Shown: one piece after another, positions 9,004 through 17,790 of the stretch
Numbering within the stretch: position 1 is the first letter of the stretch
Layout: each line of letters starts with the position of its first letter
Assembly: GCA_965648935.1 (NCBI GenBank)
Contig: CBFGIY010000013.1
Coordinates: 1-40,526 of the forward strand
DNA length: 40,526 bases
Direction of reading: 5' to 3'
Origin: a candidate division WOR-3 bacterium
Lineage (GTDB): Bacteria > Hydrothermota > Tepidihabitantia > Tepidihabitantales > Tepidihabitantaceae
Program-made: the position numbers and the translations under genes
Notes under the pieces: model-generated
What the model saw: the letters and a program-made list of their open reading frames with translations, nothing else
Databases searched by the model: none
What the model was told of the DNA's origin: nothing

Positions 9004-10185
9004 ATGACCAAGCTGTCGGTTCGATCTCTGCCCGTGCAGGGCAGGCGCGTCTTCCTGCGCGTCGATTTCAACGTGCCGCTGCTTGACGACGGCTCGATCC
9101 GGTCCGACTCCCGCATCCGCGCGGCGCTGCCGACCATTCGCTACCTGCTCGACCACGGCGCCGCGGTCGTCTGCGCATCGCACCTGGGCAAGGCCAAGGG
9201 CAGAACCGACCCCAAGTTCAGCCTTCGCTCCGTCGCAGTCCGGCTGGGAGAACTGCTCGGCTCGAGCGTCAGTTTCTCGCCCGACTGCGTTGGACCCGAG
9301 GCGGAGCGCCGCGCCGCCGAACTCAGCCCTGGCTCGGTGCTGCTGCTTGAGAACCTGCGCTTTCATCCGGGCGAAGCCGCGAACGACGCTCAGTTCGCCC
9401 GGGCCCTGGCCGCGCTCGCCGAGTTGTACGTCAATGACGCTTTCAGCACGTCGCACCGCGCCCACGCGTCAACCGAGGGAATGGCCCGGCTTTTCGCGCA
9501 ACCGGCCGCCGGGCTGCTGATGGAGAAAGAGATCGAGTACTTGAGCCGCGTCATCGAGGCCCCTGCCCGGCCATACGTTGCGCTCATCGGCGGCGCCAAG
9601 GTCTCGGACAAAGCCGGAGTCATCACCAACCTGCTGTCGCGGGTCGACCGACTGCTGGTTGGCGGCGGCGCCGCGTTCAACCTGCTCCGGGCCAAAGGGT
9701 TTGAGATCGGCCGTTCAATATGGGAACCTGAGCTTGCCGAGCAGCTCAAGACGGTTGCTGACAGCCCGAAACTACTGCTGCCCGCGGACTTCATAGCGGC
9801 TCCCACCATCGACGCCGCGAGTGCGGCCCGGGTCGTGACGGCGGATGCCCTGCGGCCGGATGACATGGGACTGGACATCGGTCCTGAAACCGCCCGGCAG
9901 TTCGCCGCGGCCATACGGTCGGCCCACACCGTGGTCTGGGCCGGACCGATGGGCGTGTTCGAACAGGACGCCTTCGCCCGGGGTACGCAGGCCATGGCCG
10001 AGGCAGTCGCCGCGGCAACCGCCGGAGGCGCGGTCACCGTTGTCGGCGGCGGCGACACCGCGGCCGCGGTCGCGCACTTCGGCCTCACTGACAAGGTCAG
10101 CCACGTTTCGACCGGCGGCGGGGCATGCCTGGAGTTCCTCGAAGGCCGAATCCTGCCCGGAATCGCCGTCTTGGCGGAGGCCTGA
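9004..10185 (+). CDS. pgk: Phosphoglycerate kinase
   Basis: RVDFNVP, SHLG, LLENLRF, GGAKVSDK, GPMGVFE, HVSTGGGA. Confidence 0.97.
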   Translation: MTKLSVRSLPVQGRRVFLRVDFNVPLLDDGSIRSDSRIRAALPTIRYLLDHGAAVVCASHLGKAKGRTDPKFSLRSVAVRLGELLGSSVSFSPDCVGPEAERRAAELSPGSVLLLENLRFHPGEAANDAQFARALAALAELYVNDAFSTSHRAHASTEGMARLFAQPAAGLLMEKEIEYLSRVIEAPARPYVALIGGAKVSDKAGVITNLLSRVDRLLVGGGAAFNLLRAKGFEIGRSIWEPELAEQLKTVADSPKLLLPADFIAAPTIDAASAARVVTADALRPDDMGLDIGPETARQFAAAIRSAHTVVWAGPMGVFEQDAFARGTQAMAEAVAAATAGGAVTVVGGGDTAAAVAHFGLTDKVSHVSTGGGACLEFLEGRILPGIAVLAEA

Positions 10186-10940
10186 TGTCCAAGCGCACCA
10201 GGCTGGTTGCCGGCAACTGGAAGATGCACAAGACCTCGGCCGAGGCGCGCCGGTTCGCCCGCGACCTGCTCAGGGAGCTGCCCCGGCCCATGCCCTGTGA
10301 AGCGGCGCTGTTCCCGCCGTTCACGGCCGTTGCGGCGCTGGCCGAGGAACTGAAGGACACGCCCGTTCTCTGGGGCGGCCAGGACCTGCACTGGGAAGCA
10401 GCCGGCGCCTTCACCGGCGCGGTGGCCGGCGAGTTTCTCGCCGATCTCGGCTGCCGCTATGTCCTGGTCGGCCATTCGGAGCGCCGCAGCCTGTTCGGCG
10501 ATTCCGATGATGCCTGCGCCCGCAAGTTCCAGGCCGCTGTCCGGGCCGGACTCGTGCCGCTGCTGTGCTGCGGCGAGACCCTGACCGAGCGTGACAGCGG
10601 CTCGACGCTTGCGGTGCTCGACCGACAGCTCGGCGCGGTCCTGGGCGCTGACGCGCCTGCCGAGTTCCTTGTCGCTTACGAACCCGTCTGGGCCATCGGG
10701 ACCGGCCGCACCGCGACCGCCGCGCAGGTCGCCGAGGCCCACACATGGCTGCGCGGCTGGCTCGAGACCCGGCTCGGTGCTCTGGCAGCCGACCGCGTCC
10801 GCCTGCTGTACGGCGGTAGCGTCAAACCGGAGAACGCCGCCGAGCTGATGGCGCTGCCCGACGTCGATGGCGTGCTGGTCGGCGGCGCCAGCCTCGAGCC
10901 CCGGTCTTTTCTCAGAATCATGGCCGGGGCAGCACAATGA
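10185..10940 (+). CDS. tpiA: Triosephosphate isomerase
   Basis: AGNWKMH, GHSERR, AYEPVWAIGTG, LYGGSVK, LVGGASL; ATG overlaps pgk stop (TGATG). Confidence 0.97.
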   Translation: MSKRTRLVAGNWKMHKTSAEARRFARDLLRELPRPMPCEAALFPPFTAVAALAEELKDTPVLWGGQDLHWEAAGAFTGAVAGEFLADLGCRYVLVGHSERRSLFGDSDDACARKFQAAVRAGLVPLLCCGETLTERDSGSTLAVLDRQLGAVLGADAPAEFLVAYEPVWAIGTGRTATAAQVAEAHTWLRGWLETRLGALAADRVRLLYGGSVKPENAAELMALPDVDGVLVGGASLEPRSFLRIMAGAAQ

Positions 10941-10963
10941 CCAGCGTCGCCCGACCGATTGCC

Positions 10964-10991
10964 TTGACATTGTCGGACGCTGGACTAAGCT
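10964..10991 (+). promoter_or_regulatory. Promoter for secG-rplU
   Basis: TTGACA(10964-10969), 16 bp, TAAGCT(10986-10991); AAGGAG SD. Confidence 0.7.
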
Positions 10992-11013
10992 TGACGACCA
11001 AAGGAGAATAGCG

Positions 11014-11328
11014 ATGTACGGTATTGTCATCTTCCTGCACTTGATTGTCGCGGTGCTGCTGATACTCATCGTGCTCATCCAACAGCCCCAGAAGGGCGGA
11101 ATGACCTCGATCCTCGGCGGCGGCGAGAGCGTCTTCGGCGGCGGCGGTGCCGCGCCATTCATGACCAAGCTGACGGCCGGCGTGGCGGTACTTTTTATGG
11201 TCACTTCGCTCGCTCTGGTGCTCATATCCGCGCAGCAGAACCGCGCCCGCAGCGCTCCGCGGCCGACGCCCGCATCAACCGAACAGCCCGCACCCCAGCC
11301 GGCCTTGCCCGGCCCGATAGGAGACTAA
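11014..11328 (+). CDS. secG: Preprotein translocase subunit SecG
   Basis: Two TM helices around LIQQPQKGG...GGG...FGG...FMTKLT; follows tpiA as is typical. Confidence 0.92.
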   Translation: MYGIVIFLHLIVAVLLILIVLIQQPQKGGMTSILGGGESVFGGGGAAPFMTKLTAGVAVLFMVTSLALVLISAQQNRARSAPRPTPASTEQPAPQPALPGPIGD

Positions 11329-11331
11329 GAG

Positions 11332-11646
11332 ATGTACGCAGTTGTCGACTTTTCCGGATTCCAGTACCTTGTCAAAGAGGGCGAGGTGGTGACCGTACCC
11401 CGGCTCAAGCTTGAGCCCGGCGCCGAAGTGCGCCTCGACAAAGTCCTGCTCGTGCGCAAGGACGACACGGTCCTTCTCGGCCGTCCGCGCGTCGAGTCAG
11501 CTTATGTCGAGGCCAAGGTCGTGGACCACCCCCGGGCTGACAAGGTAACGACGTTCAAGTTCACCCGGCGTGAGAACTACCGGCGCAAGCTCGGCCATCG
11601 CCAGGGCCTGACCCGGATTGCGATCGCCCGAATACATGTCGGCTGA
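11332..11646 (+). CDS. rplU: 50S ribosomal protein L21
   Basis: MYAVV...QY.VKEG...G.P.V...V...K...YRRKLGHRQ. Confidence 0.95.
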   Translation: MYAVVDFSGFQYLVKEGEVVTVPRLKLEPGAEVRLDKVLLVRKDDTVLLGRPRVESAYVEAKVVDHPRADKVTTFKFTRRENYRRKLGHRQGLTRIAIARIHVG

Positions 11647-11679
11647 ACCAATGCTGCTTGGACTGAAATGGGAGGCCTC

Positions 11680-12516
11680 GTGAAAGAGCACCTTGGGCTG
11701 GTTCTGGTTCTCACAGCGCTCTGTTGGGGCAACCTGCTGTCGAACGGCGACTTCTCACTCTGGGACAGCCCCATCCGCCCGACCGGCTGGATCGTCGAAG
11801 ACACCACCAGGGCACGCATCGGCCAGTGCGCCGACACCAGCCGCTCCCCCGCCTATTCGGCGCGCATCACCCGCCTGGTCACCGGCACCGGCAACAACGC
11901 CGGCCTCCGCCAACTGGTACCGGTCTCCGGCGGCCAGCTATACACCCTCTCGGCCTGGTACTTCGACGATGACGTGAATGCCAGCGGCGGGGTGAGCATC
12001 AGTTGGCGCGCGGCCGACTCATCCTTCATCGCCAACCGCGGCACGCGCTACACCGATTCGGCAATCCACACCTGGCAGAAGGTCAGCCGGACCGATACCG
12101 CGCCTTCCAATGCGGCGTACGCTGACTGCCTCCTGCGGGTCTATGGCTTTGCCGGCGGCCCGGCTGGCGGCGTTGTCTACCTGGACGACGCCGACCTTTC
12201 ACCCGGTACCGGCGGAGTCACGGAAGGCTCAACACATGTGCCCCGCGGCCGGCTCGCCGCGCTGCCGACACTCGTCGTCAGCCAGACGACGATCCGCTAC
12301 ACCCTCCCCTCTGCCGGACCGGTGTCGCTCGTCATCCACGACCTCACCGGCGCGGCTCGCCGCAGTCTCGCATCGGCAATCCTGCCCGCGGGCGAACACT
12401 GCGTGACATGGGACGGTGCCGACGCCAAGGGTAACAGGCTGCCCAACGGCCTCTACTTCGCTGTGCTGCGCACGACAGCCGGCGAGACGGTCAGGAAACT
12501 GGTCCTGGAGCGTTAG
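11680..12516 (+). CDS. Secreted CBM4/9-like (galactose-binding fold) protein with FlgD-Ig C-terminal domain
   Basis: GGAGG then GTG; signal peptide; NLLSNGDF...W...LRQ...YTLSAW...YLDD; WDGADAKGNRLPNGLYF. Confidence 0.75.
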   Translation: MKEHLGLVLVLTALCWGNLLSNGDFSLWDSPIRPTGWIVEDTTRARIGQCADTSRSPAYSARITRLVTGTGNNAGLRQLVPVSGGQLYTLSAWYFDDDVNASGGVSISWRAADSSFIANRGTRYTDSAIHTWQKVSRTDTAPSNAAYADCLLRVYGFAGGPAGGVVYLDDADLSPGTGGVTEGSTHVPRGRLAALPTLVVSQTTIRYTLPSAGPVSLVIHDLTGAARRSLASAILPAGEHCVTWDGADAKGNRLPNGLYFAVLRTTAGETVRKLVLER

Positions 12517-12533
12517 TTTTGGTCAGTCAGGCA

Positions 12534-14081
12534 ATGCGGTCGCTGGCTGTCCTGTCACTGCTGGCGGTGCTGGCCCACGCCCAGCCTCAAGGCCGCGTGC
12601 TCTGGTCGTTCGAGGGCAACGACGGCATCTACTCGCTCGTCACGATACCGGACATCAACGGCGACAACCGCCCCGAAGTCGTTGCCGCAACCTATTACGG
12701 AGCTACGCCCTCGGACCCGCGCAAGCTGTACTGCCTTTCAGGCGCCAGCGGCGACACTCTCTGGGTCAGCCGAACCGCCTACGGCACATGGGGCAACAAG
12801 GGTCTCGACGCGTCGCCCGACCTCAACGGCGACGGCCGAGGCGATGTCCTGCTGGGCACGGTCGGCACCTACATCCCCCCGGGCCGTTCGGCTCTCGCGG
12901 TCAGCGGCGCTGACGGCGCCAATATCTGGGTCAACTCGCCGTACCCGGGCGATACCTGGGGCTGGGTCTATTCGGTACGCAGCTTCGTCGATGTTGACCG
13001 CGATTCGGTGCCGGATGCGCTTGCCGGCACGGGCGGCATTGTCGAGGACCGGTCCGGCCACGTCGTGCTGATTTCCGGCCGTACCGGCGCGACAGTCTGG
13101 ACGTTTCGCGTGCCCCGCGACGGCTGCCAGAGCGTCGCTCCCTTCGTGGACATCAGTGGTGATGTCATCCCCGATGTCCTCGTCGCGGCTGGCGGCAACA
13201 GCCTCGACAACAACGTTTACTGCGTGAGCGGGGCCAACGGCGCCCAGCTCTGGTCATCCCTGCGCGGCGGCTCGGTGTCCGATGTCGAACGCATCCGCGA
13301 TGTGAATCGCTCCGGCATCGACGACTGCATCGGCGGCGGCTGGGACTACAAGGTCTACTGCCTTGAAGGCTCAACCGGCGCCCAGATCTGGCAGGTTCAG
13401 CCTGCCGGCAACCGGGTTATTATGGAGCTGGTCCCGATCCGGGACACGAATGGTGACGGCATCGATGACGTCGTCGTCGGGTCCTGGGACAGCAATGTCC
13501 ACGTCCTGTCCGGCGCAGACGGCACGACGCTGTGGTCCGGATCTGTCGGTGCCGACGTCTGGTCGGTCGACACGCTGTCCGACGTCACCGGCAACGGAAT
13601 TCCAGAGGTCGTTGCCGGCTGCCTCGGCAACGGCAACGGCTCGGTGCGTGTGTTCGACGGCGCGAGCGGCCAGGCCCTGTGGTACTACGACTTCGCCGAA
13701 CGCGTGTACGACGTGACCGGCGCGCCCGACTTGGACGGCGACGGCCGGCCTGACGTGCTCGTGGGACTGCAGGACCAGAACCGCATGGCCAACCATGTCT
13801 ACTGCCTGTCCGGGGTCACGACCGGCATCGCCGGTCCGGGCGTCTCCCCTTCAGTCAACCAGCTCAGCATCCGAGTGGTGGCCGGAGTGCTGATTATCGA
13901 CGGCGCCGCAGGCCCGGGTCGGTTGCGGGTCTACGACCCGACCGGGAGGCTAGTGGCAGCCAGAGACCTGACCCCGGCCCGCGCCGTCGCACTGAGCGAA
14001 CTGGGCATTGGGAAGGGCACCTTCTTCGTGCTCTGCGAATCCGGCAGGGCAAGCGCTGCTGCCAAGGCAGTGCTCTACTGA
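12534..14081 (+). CDS. Secreted FG-GAP/PQQ-like beta-propeller protein with C-terminal sorting-type domain
   Basis: Signal peptide; repeated D(I/L)NGDG..D/EV..G...SG.xG..LW blades; C-terminus VYDPTGRLV...GTFFV. Confidence 0.78.
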   Translation: MRSLAVLSLLAVLAHAQPQGRVLWSFEGNDGIYSLVTIPDINGDNRPEVVAATYYGATPSDPRKLYCLSGASGDTLWVSRTAYGTWGNKGLDASPDLNGDGRGDVLLGTVGTYIPPGRSALAVSGADGANIWVNSPYPGDTWGWVYSVRSFVDVDRDSVPDALAGTGGIVEDRSGHVVLISGRTGATVWTFRVPRDGCQSVAPFVDISGDVIPDVLVAAGGNSLDNNVYCVSGANGAQLWSSLRGGSVSDVERIRDVNRSGIDDCIGGGWDYKVYCLEGSTGAQIWQVQPAGNRVIMELVPIRDTNGDGIDDVVVGSWDSNVHVLSGADGTTLWSGSVGADVWSVDTLSDVTGNGIPEVVAGCLGNGNGSVRVFDGASGQALWYYDFAERVYDVTGAPDLDGDGRPDVLVGLQDQNRMANHVYCLSGVTTGIAGPGVSPSVNQLSIRVVAGVLIIDGAAGPGRLRVYDPTGRLVAARDLTPARAVALSELGIGKGTFFVLCESGRASAAAKAVLY

Positions 14082-14127
14082 CAACGCTATGGCTGACAGC
14101 AACCTAACCTAACGGAGAGGAAGAACG

Positions 14128-14616
14128 ATGGCTTTGACCGCGATAGAGAAGATTCAGAAACTGGGCAAGTCGATTCAGAACATGACCCAGGCCGACCTCG
14201 CCCGCGCAGTTGGAGTGTCCCGTGAGAGAATCCGCCAGCTGATGCCACGTCTCAAGCTCAAGCCCGGCAAGCGGGTTCGCGCCTGGCACCGGACCATACC
14301 GGCGAACGTCTGCGAGGCAATGGCCCGGCTGCACGACCGCGGTATGTCCCTGACTGCGATCGGCGCGAAGCACGGTGTGAGCGACTACCACGTTCGCGAA
14401 GCCATCCGCCGCGTCCGACCCAGGATTGAGCCGGCCGGCCGGGTTCAGCGGATGATCCGCCAGCAGCAGTTGCGCGAGTTGCTCAAGAAGGGTGTTTCAT
14501 TCGAGCAGGCCTGCGACCGCCTCAAGTTCAGCGACCTCCAGCGTCGGCGCTATCGCCGGCAGATGGGCTTCCACTGGCAGGGCAGCAAAACCGTCCCGGC
14601 CAAGAAGCGCGGCTAA
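14128..14616 (+). CDS. Highly basic protein with three tandem HTH-like motifs
   Basis: GGAGAGG SD; MTQADLARAVGVSRERIRQL, GMSLTAIGAKHGVSDYHVREAI, GVSFEQACDRLKFS. Confidence 0.75.
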   Translation: MALTAIEKIQKLGKSIQNMTQADLARAVGVSRERIRQLMPRLKLKPGKRVRAWHRTIPANVCEAMARLHDRGMSLTAIGAKHGVSDYHVREAIRRVRPRIEPAGRVQRMIRQQQLRELLKKGVSFEQACDRLKFSDLQRRRYRRQMGFHWQGSKTVPAKKRG

Positions 14617-14647
14617 CACCGCTGTCCGAACCTCTTGTGGAGAGAAG

Positions 14648-14721
14648 TGGGCGATACAAGAGTCGAACTTGTGACCTCTGGTATGTGAGACCAGCGCTCT
14701 AGCCAGCTGAGCTAATCGCCC
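14648..14721 (-). tRNA. tRNA-Val(CAC)
   Basis: GGGCGAT-TAGCTCAGCTGGCTAGAGC-G-CTGGT CT CAC AT ACCAG-AGGTC-ACAAG TTCGACT CTTGT-ATCGCCC-A; CCA not encoded. Confidence 0.95.
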
Positions 14722-14730
14722 TCGCGCAGA

Positions 14731-14758
14731 ATTGTAGTCCCAGCCGCCCCGGTGTCAA
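14731..14758 (-). promoter_or_regulatory. tRNA-Val promoter; its -35 sits in a hairpin that may terminate the TPR gene
   Basis: TTGACA(14758-14753), 16 bp, TACAAT(14736-14731); GCCCCGGT-gtca-ACCGGGGC hairpin. Confidence 0.7.
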
Positions 14759-14770
14759 CCGGGGCTGGCT

Positions 14771-16735
14771 TTAGTTGTCTCCGTCAAGGAACTGGACCCC
14801 GCGCTCGCCGCGCGGCAAGGTATTGAGCGCCTGGGTAACCAGCTCGATGCTGTCACGGCGTCCCAGCCGGCCATAAGCCTTCAGCGCCAGCTCCAAACTG
14901 CGCCGCGCCTCGTCCAGCGCGCCGGCAGCGGCGCACGCACGCCCCAGACCGAAAAGCCCGGCAGCCTCCCGCTCAGGGTGCCCGGCGCCGGTCAGCAGGC
15001 GCAGCGACCTGCGAAACGCATCCTGAGCGCCGGCTGCGTCACCCCGGGACAGGGCCGTTTCGCCAATCGAGATGTGGGTCTCGGCCTCGGCCAGCTTGTC
15101 CCCTGCCGACTGCGCAAGCCCCAACGCCAGGGCCAGCCTGCGCTCGGCCTCGCGGTAATCACCCTGGTGGCGCAGGACTTCTGCGTAGGAAATCTCATCC
15201 TCAACACGCTTGCGTGCGTCGGCCTGGCGCGAGCGAATCTCCAGCGCCGCGCGGTACGAAGCAGCGGCCTCATCCCAGTCATCCCCGGCCGACTGGGCAC
15301 GCGCCAGCGCAACCAGGGCGTCGGCCTCAAGCTCGGAGAGCCGCAACTCCCGGGCCCGGCGCACGGCATCATCGAGCCGACCGCGCGCCTCGGCCAGCCG
15401 GACCGAGGCCAGCAGCAGCTCCCCTTCATCGACAAGGCAACGTATCAACCCGGCGCTGTCGCCGCTTTCGTCGAACAGCTTCCTTGCCTGCTCCAGGTTC
15501 TGCAGGGCCTCGGCGGTCTCGTGCGCCGCGGCGTGGACGCGTGCCGCCGCGGCAAGGTCACGAGCGGCGGCGGCGACCCGACCGCTCTGGCGGTCTATGC
15601 GGTAAGCCTCGTGAAAAAGCTCCAGAGCACGCTCGAACGCCCCGTGGTTCAGGCAACTCTGGCCTATCAGCAACAGGTTCTTGGACATCAGCTCAGCATC
15701 CCGGACCCGCCTTGCGTTCTCCAGCGAGTGCTCGAAATACTCAAGCGCCGCGTCGTCCTCACCGGCCTTCTGGTGAAGCAGGCCGATCTCGTGGGCGGCC
15801 TGGGCCAGTCCGCGCCAGTTGCGTATCTCACCGCATATCTGGTGTGCCCGCTCCAGCTCGTCCAGAGCACGCCTATTCTCACCCTGCTCGCGCAGAATAG
15901 CGCCGATCGCGATGAGCCGGTCAGCCTCACCCAGCCGGTCACGCACCCGGCGCGCCAGACGCAACCCGTCCTCGTGGGCGGCCCGGGCCCTGGCAAGTTG
16001 CCCAGAGGCCAGAAGAATCTGGCCGATGGCGCCGTGTTGTCGCCCTGCCCCGGCGAGGTCGCCGAGCTTCTCGCGCAGCTTCAGCGCGCTGCGGTGCAAC
16101 TCGATTGCGCGCTCGGCTTCGCCCTCGGCGGCCTCGATCTCGGCCAGCCGGGTCATGGCCTCTGCTTTCAGCAGGCGGTCGCCGTCAAGCGCGGCGCTCT
16201 CCGACGCATCCTCCAGATGCTCGACTGCCTGTTCTCGGCGTCCGAGTTCGAGTTCAAGCTGACCCAGGGCGAAAGCGCAGTTCGCCGTTGCGGTGCGGTT
16301 CTCCTGCCGGCGCGCCTCGGCCAGGGCTCCTGCGAGTCTCTCGACCGCCGCATCGCGCCGCCCGAGCATTGCCTCGCACGCCGCCGAGAGAAACTGCAGC
16401 GCCACACCCTCTCCCGGACCGGCCTGGGACAAGCCGTCGCTCCAGCGGCCCAGTGCCCGGTCCCACGCGGCCTGCGCCGCGTAACGCACGCCGCCCTCGA
16501 AAGCCTCAGCCACCGACCGCTCGGCCGCCACCGGCAGCCCGTCGAGATAGAGGCAGCCCAGCCTGCGTCGGATTGCTGCCAGCCTTTCCGAGTAGCGACG
16601 GTTGACCTCACCCTCGAGCCGGCCGATCTTGTCCTCAAGGAAGCGCCGGCGGCCCAGCGTGGACCGACGCCCGAGCAGGAATGACGCCACGACCGCGACC
16701 GCCAGCAGAGCGACTGCCGACAGCACGACCAGCAT
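14771..16735 (-). CDS. Membrane-anchored TPR (MalT-like/TPR_12) repeat protein
   Basis: N-terminal hydrophobic segment MLVVLSAVALLAVAVVASFLL, then many ~40-aa repeats (A..L..IG.I....G....A...A); no catalytic domain seen. Confidence 0.8.
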   Translation of the reverse strand: MLVVLSAVALLAVAVVASFLLGRRSTLGRRRFLEDKIGRLEGEVNRRYSERLAAIRRRLGCLYLDGLPVAAERSVAEAFEGGVRYAAQAAWDRALGRWSDGLSQAGPGEGVALQFLSAACEAMLGRRDAAVERLAGALAEARRQENRTATANCAFALGQLELELGRREQAVEHLEDASESAALDGDRLLKAEAMTRLAEIEAAEGEAERAIELHRSALKLREKLGDLAGAGRQHGAIGQILLASGQLARARAAHEDGLRLARRVRDRLGEADRLIAIGAILREQGENRRALDELERAHQICGEIRNWRGLAQAAHEIGLLHQKAGEDDAALEYFEHSLENARRVRDAELMSKNLLLIGQSCLNHGAFERALELFHEAYRIDRQSGRVAAAARDLAAAARVHAAAHETAEALQNLEQARKLFDESGDSAGLIRCLVDEGELLLASVRLAEARGRLDDAVRRARELRLSELEADALVALARAQSAGDDWDEAAASYRAALEIRSRQADARKRVEDEISYAEVLRHQGDYREAERRLALALGLAQSAGDKLAEAETHISIGETALSRGDAAGAQDAFRRSLRLLTGAGHPEREAAGLFGLGRACAAAGALDEARRSLELALKAYGRLGRRDSIELVTQALNTLPRGERGVQFLDGDN

Positions 16736-16802
16736 CAGTTGTCGACGAGCCGCTTGGGACTGATGGTGCGGCGTTCTGGAGCGAGCAGAGACATCTGACG
16801 CA

Positions 16803-16830
16803 AGGTTATGGCAAACTCCCGCCAAGTCAA
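16803..16830 (-). promoter_or_regulatory. Promoter for uORF-TPR transcript
   Basis: TTGACT(16830-16825), 16 bp, TAACCT(16808-16803). Confidence 0.55.
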
Positions 16831-16865
16831 GATGGGAACTGAATACCCCTCACCCGACGCGCCCC

Positions 16866-16893
16866 TTGACGACCCAAGACGCCATCATAGAAT
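16866..16893 (+). promoter_or_regulatory. Promoter for the lipoprotein gene at 16983
   Basis: TTGACG(16866-16871), 16 bp, TAGAAT(16888-16893). Confidence 0.7.
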
Positions 16894-16982
16894 CCTTTGT
16901 GCAATAGACAGCGCGGAGTGCGCCGTCAGGCAAATGGCCAATAGGGCGGCGCGTTCCAAGGAAGGACCGAAAAGGAGGTATC

Positions 16983-17696
16983 GTGCTGAGAAAGTCCGTA
17001 CTGCTCGCAGTGGTGGCCGCGACAGCGCTGGTCTTCGTCAACTGCGAGAAGCAGACCAAGCTGACCGGCACGCTGATACTGCAGACCGGCCAGTCCGGCG
17101 ACGTGACAAACTGCCGGGTACAGCTGTTCGTGTCTTCCGACCTGACCGGCAGCCCGGTCAAAGAAGTCGCATCACAGCCGGGCAACACCGTCCGGTCGGC
17201 CTTCGAGTTCGAGGACGTCCTGCCCGGCTACTACTACCTGCTCGCGTGGAAGGACCTGAACGGCGACGGCGTGGTCAGCGACCGCGACATCGTCGGTATC
17301 CACGGCGGCACCTACCGGCCCGGGTACGGCGGCAGCCAGGTAACGGTGATCGACGGCAAGACCACCGATGTCGGCGAGATCGTGATGCTCATCTACAAGG
17401 AGCTCAAGATCACGGCGTCCGGTTCGCGCGCCCAGGGCGGGACCGTCACCAACTTCTCCTATACTCCCAATTACGACCTGACGATCACCCGCTTCTCGAT
17501 AGTCTTCCCTGACGAACCCGGTGTCGAGTACGAGGACAGCCGCCAGGTCGGGACCAAGACCGGCGGCCAGACCTACACCTCTGACGGCTGGAACATGGGC
17601 GGCGCGCCGATGCCTGCGGGCAACCACATCCTGCGGTTTCAGGGTATGTGGGAAGGCGCTGCCTTCGACATCTCGGTGACAGTCAACGTGAATTAG
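16983..17696 (+). CDS. Lipoprotein with transthyretin/carboxypeptidase-regulatory-like beta domain and DxNGDG Ca-loop
   Basis: AAGGAGG SD; lipobox LVFVNC; PGYYYLLAWKDLNGDG. Confidence 0.78.
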   Translation: MLRKSVLLAVVAATALVFVNCEKQTKLTGTLILQTGQSGDVTNCRVQLFVSSDLTGSPVKEVASQPGNTVRSAFEFEDVLPGYYYLLAWKDLNGDGVVSDRDIVGIHGGTYRPGYGGSQVTVIDGKTTDVGEIVMLIYKELKITASGSRAQGGTVTNFSYTPNYDLTITRFSIVFPDEPGVEYEDSRQVGTKTGGQTYTSDGWNMGGAPMPAGNHILRFQGMWEGAAFDISVTVNVN

Positions 17697-17714
17697 CGAC
17701 CGAACGTACGACTT

Positions 17715-17746
17715 GCGGGGAGGGCAATGCCCTCCCCGCTGTCTTT
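17715..17746 (+). terminator. Intrinsic terminator
   Basis: GCGGGGAGGGC-aat-GCCCTCCCCGC then TGTCTTT. Confidence 0.7.
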
Positions 17747-17761
17747 CGGGCCATCGAGGAC

Positions 17762-17790
17762 TTGACAGCAGGTAACGTCAGAGCTATTCT
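17762..17790 (+). promoter_or_regulatory. Promoter for the zinc-ribbon gene
   Basis: TTGACA(17762-17767), 17 bp, TATTCT(17785-17790). Confidence 0.7.

Noticed and set aside
7879..9465. N-terminal extension making the PKD lipoprotein 999 aa
   Set aside because: Antisense to gap/pgk; the promoter and lipoprotein signal place the start at GTG 7878.
11647..14647. Genomic island integrated at tRNA-Val
   Set aside because: No duplicated tRNA 3' end near rplU, no integrase and no obvious compositional shift.
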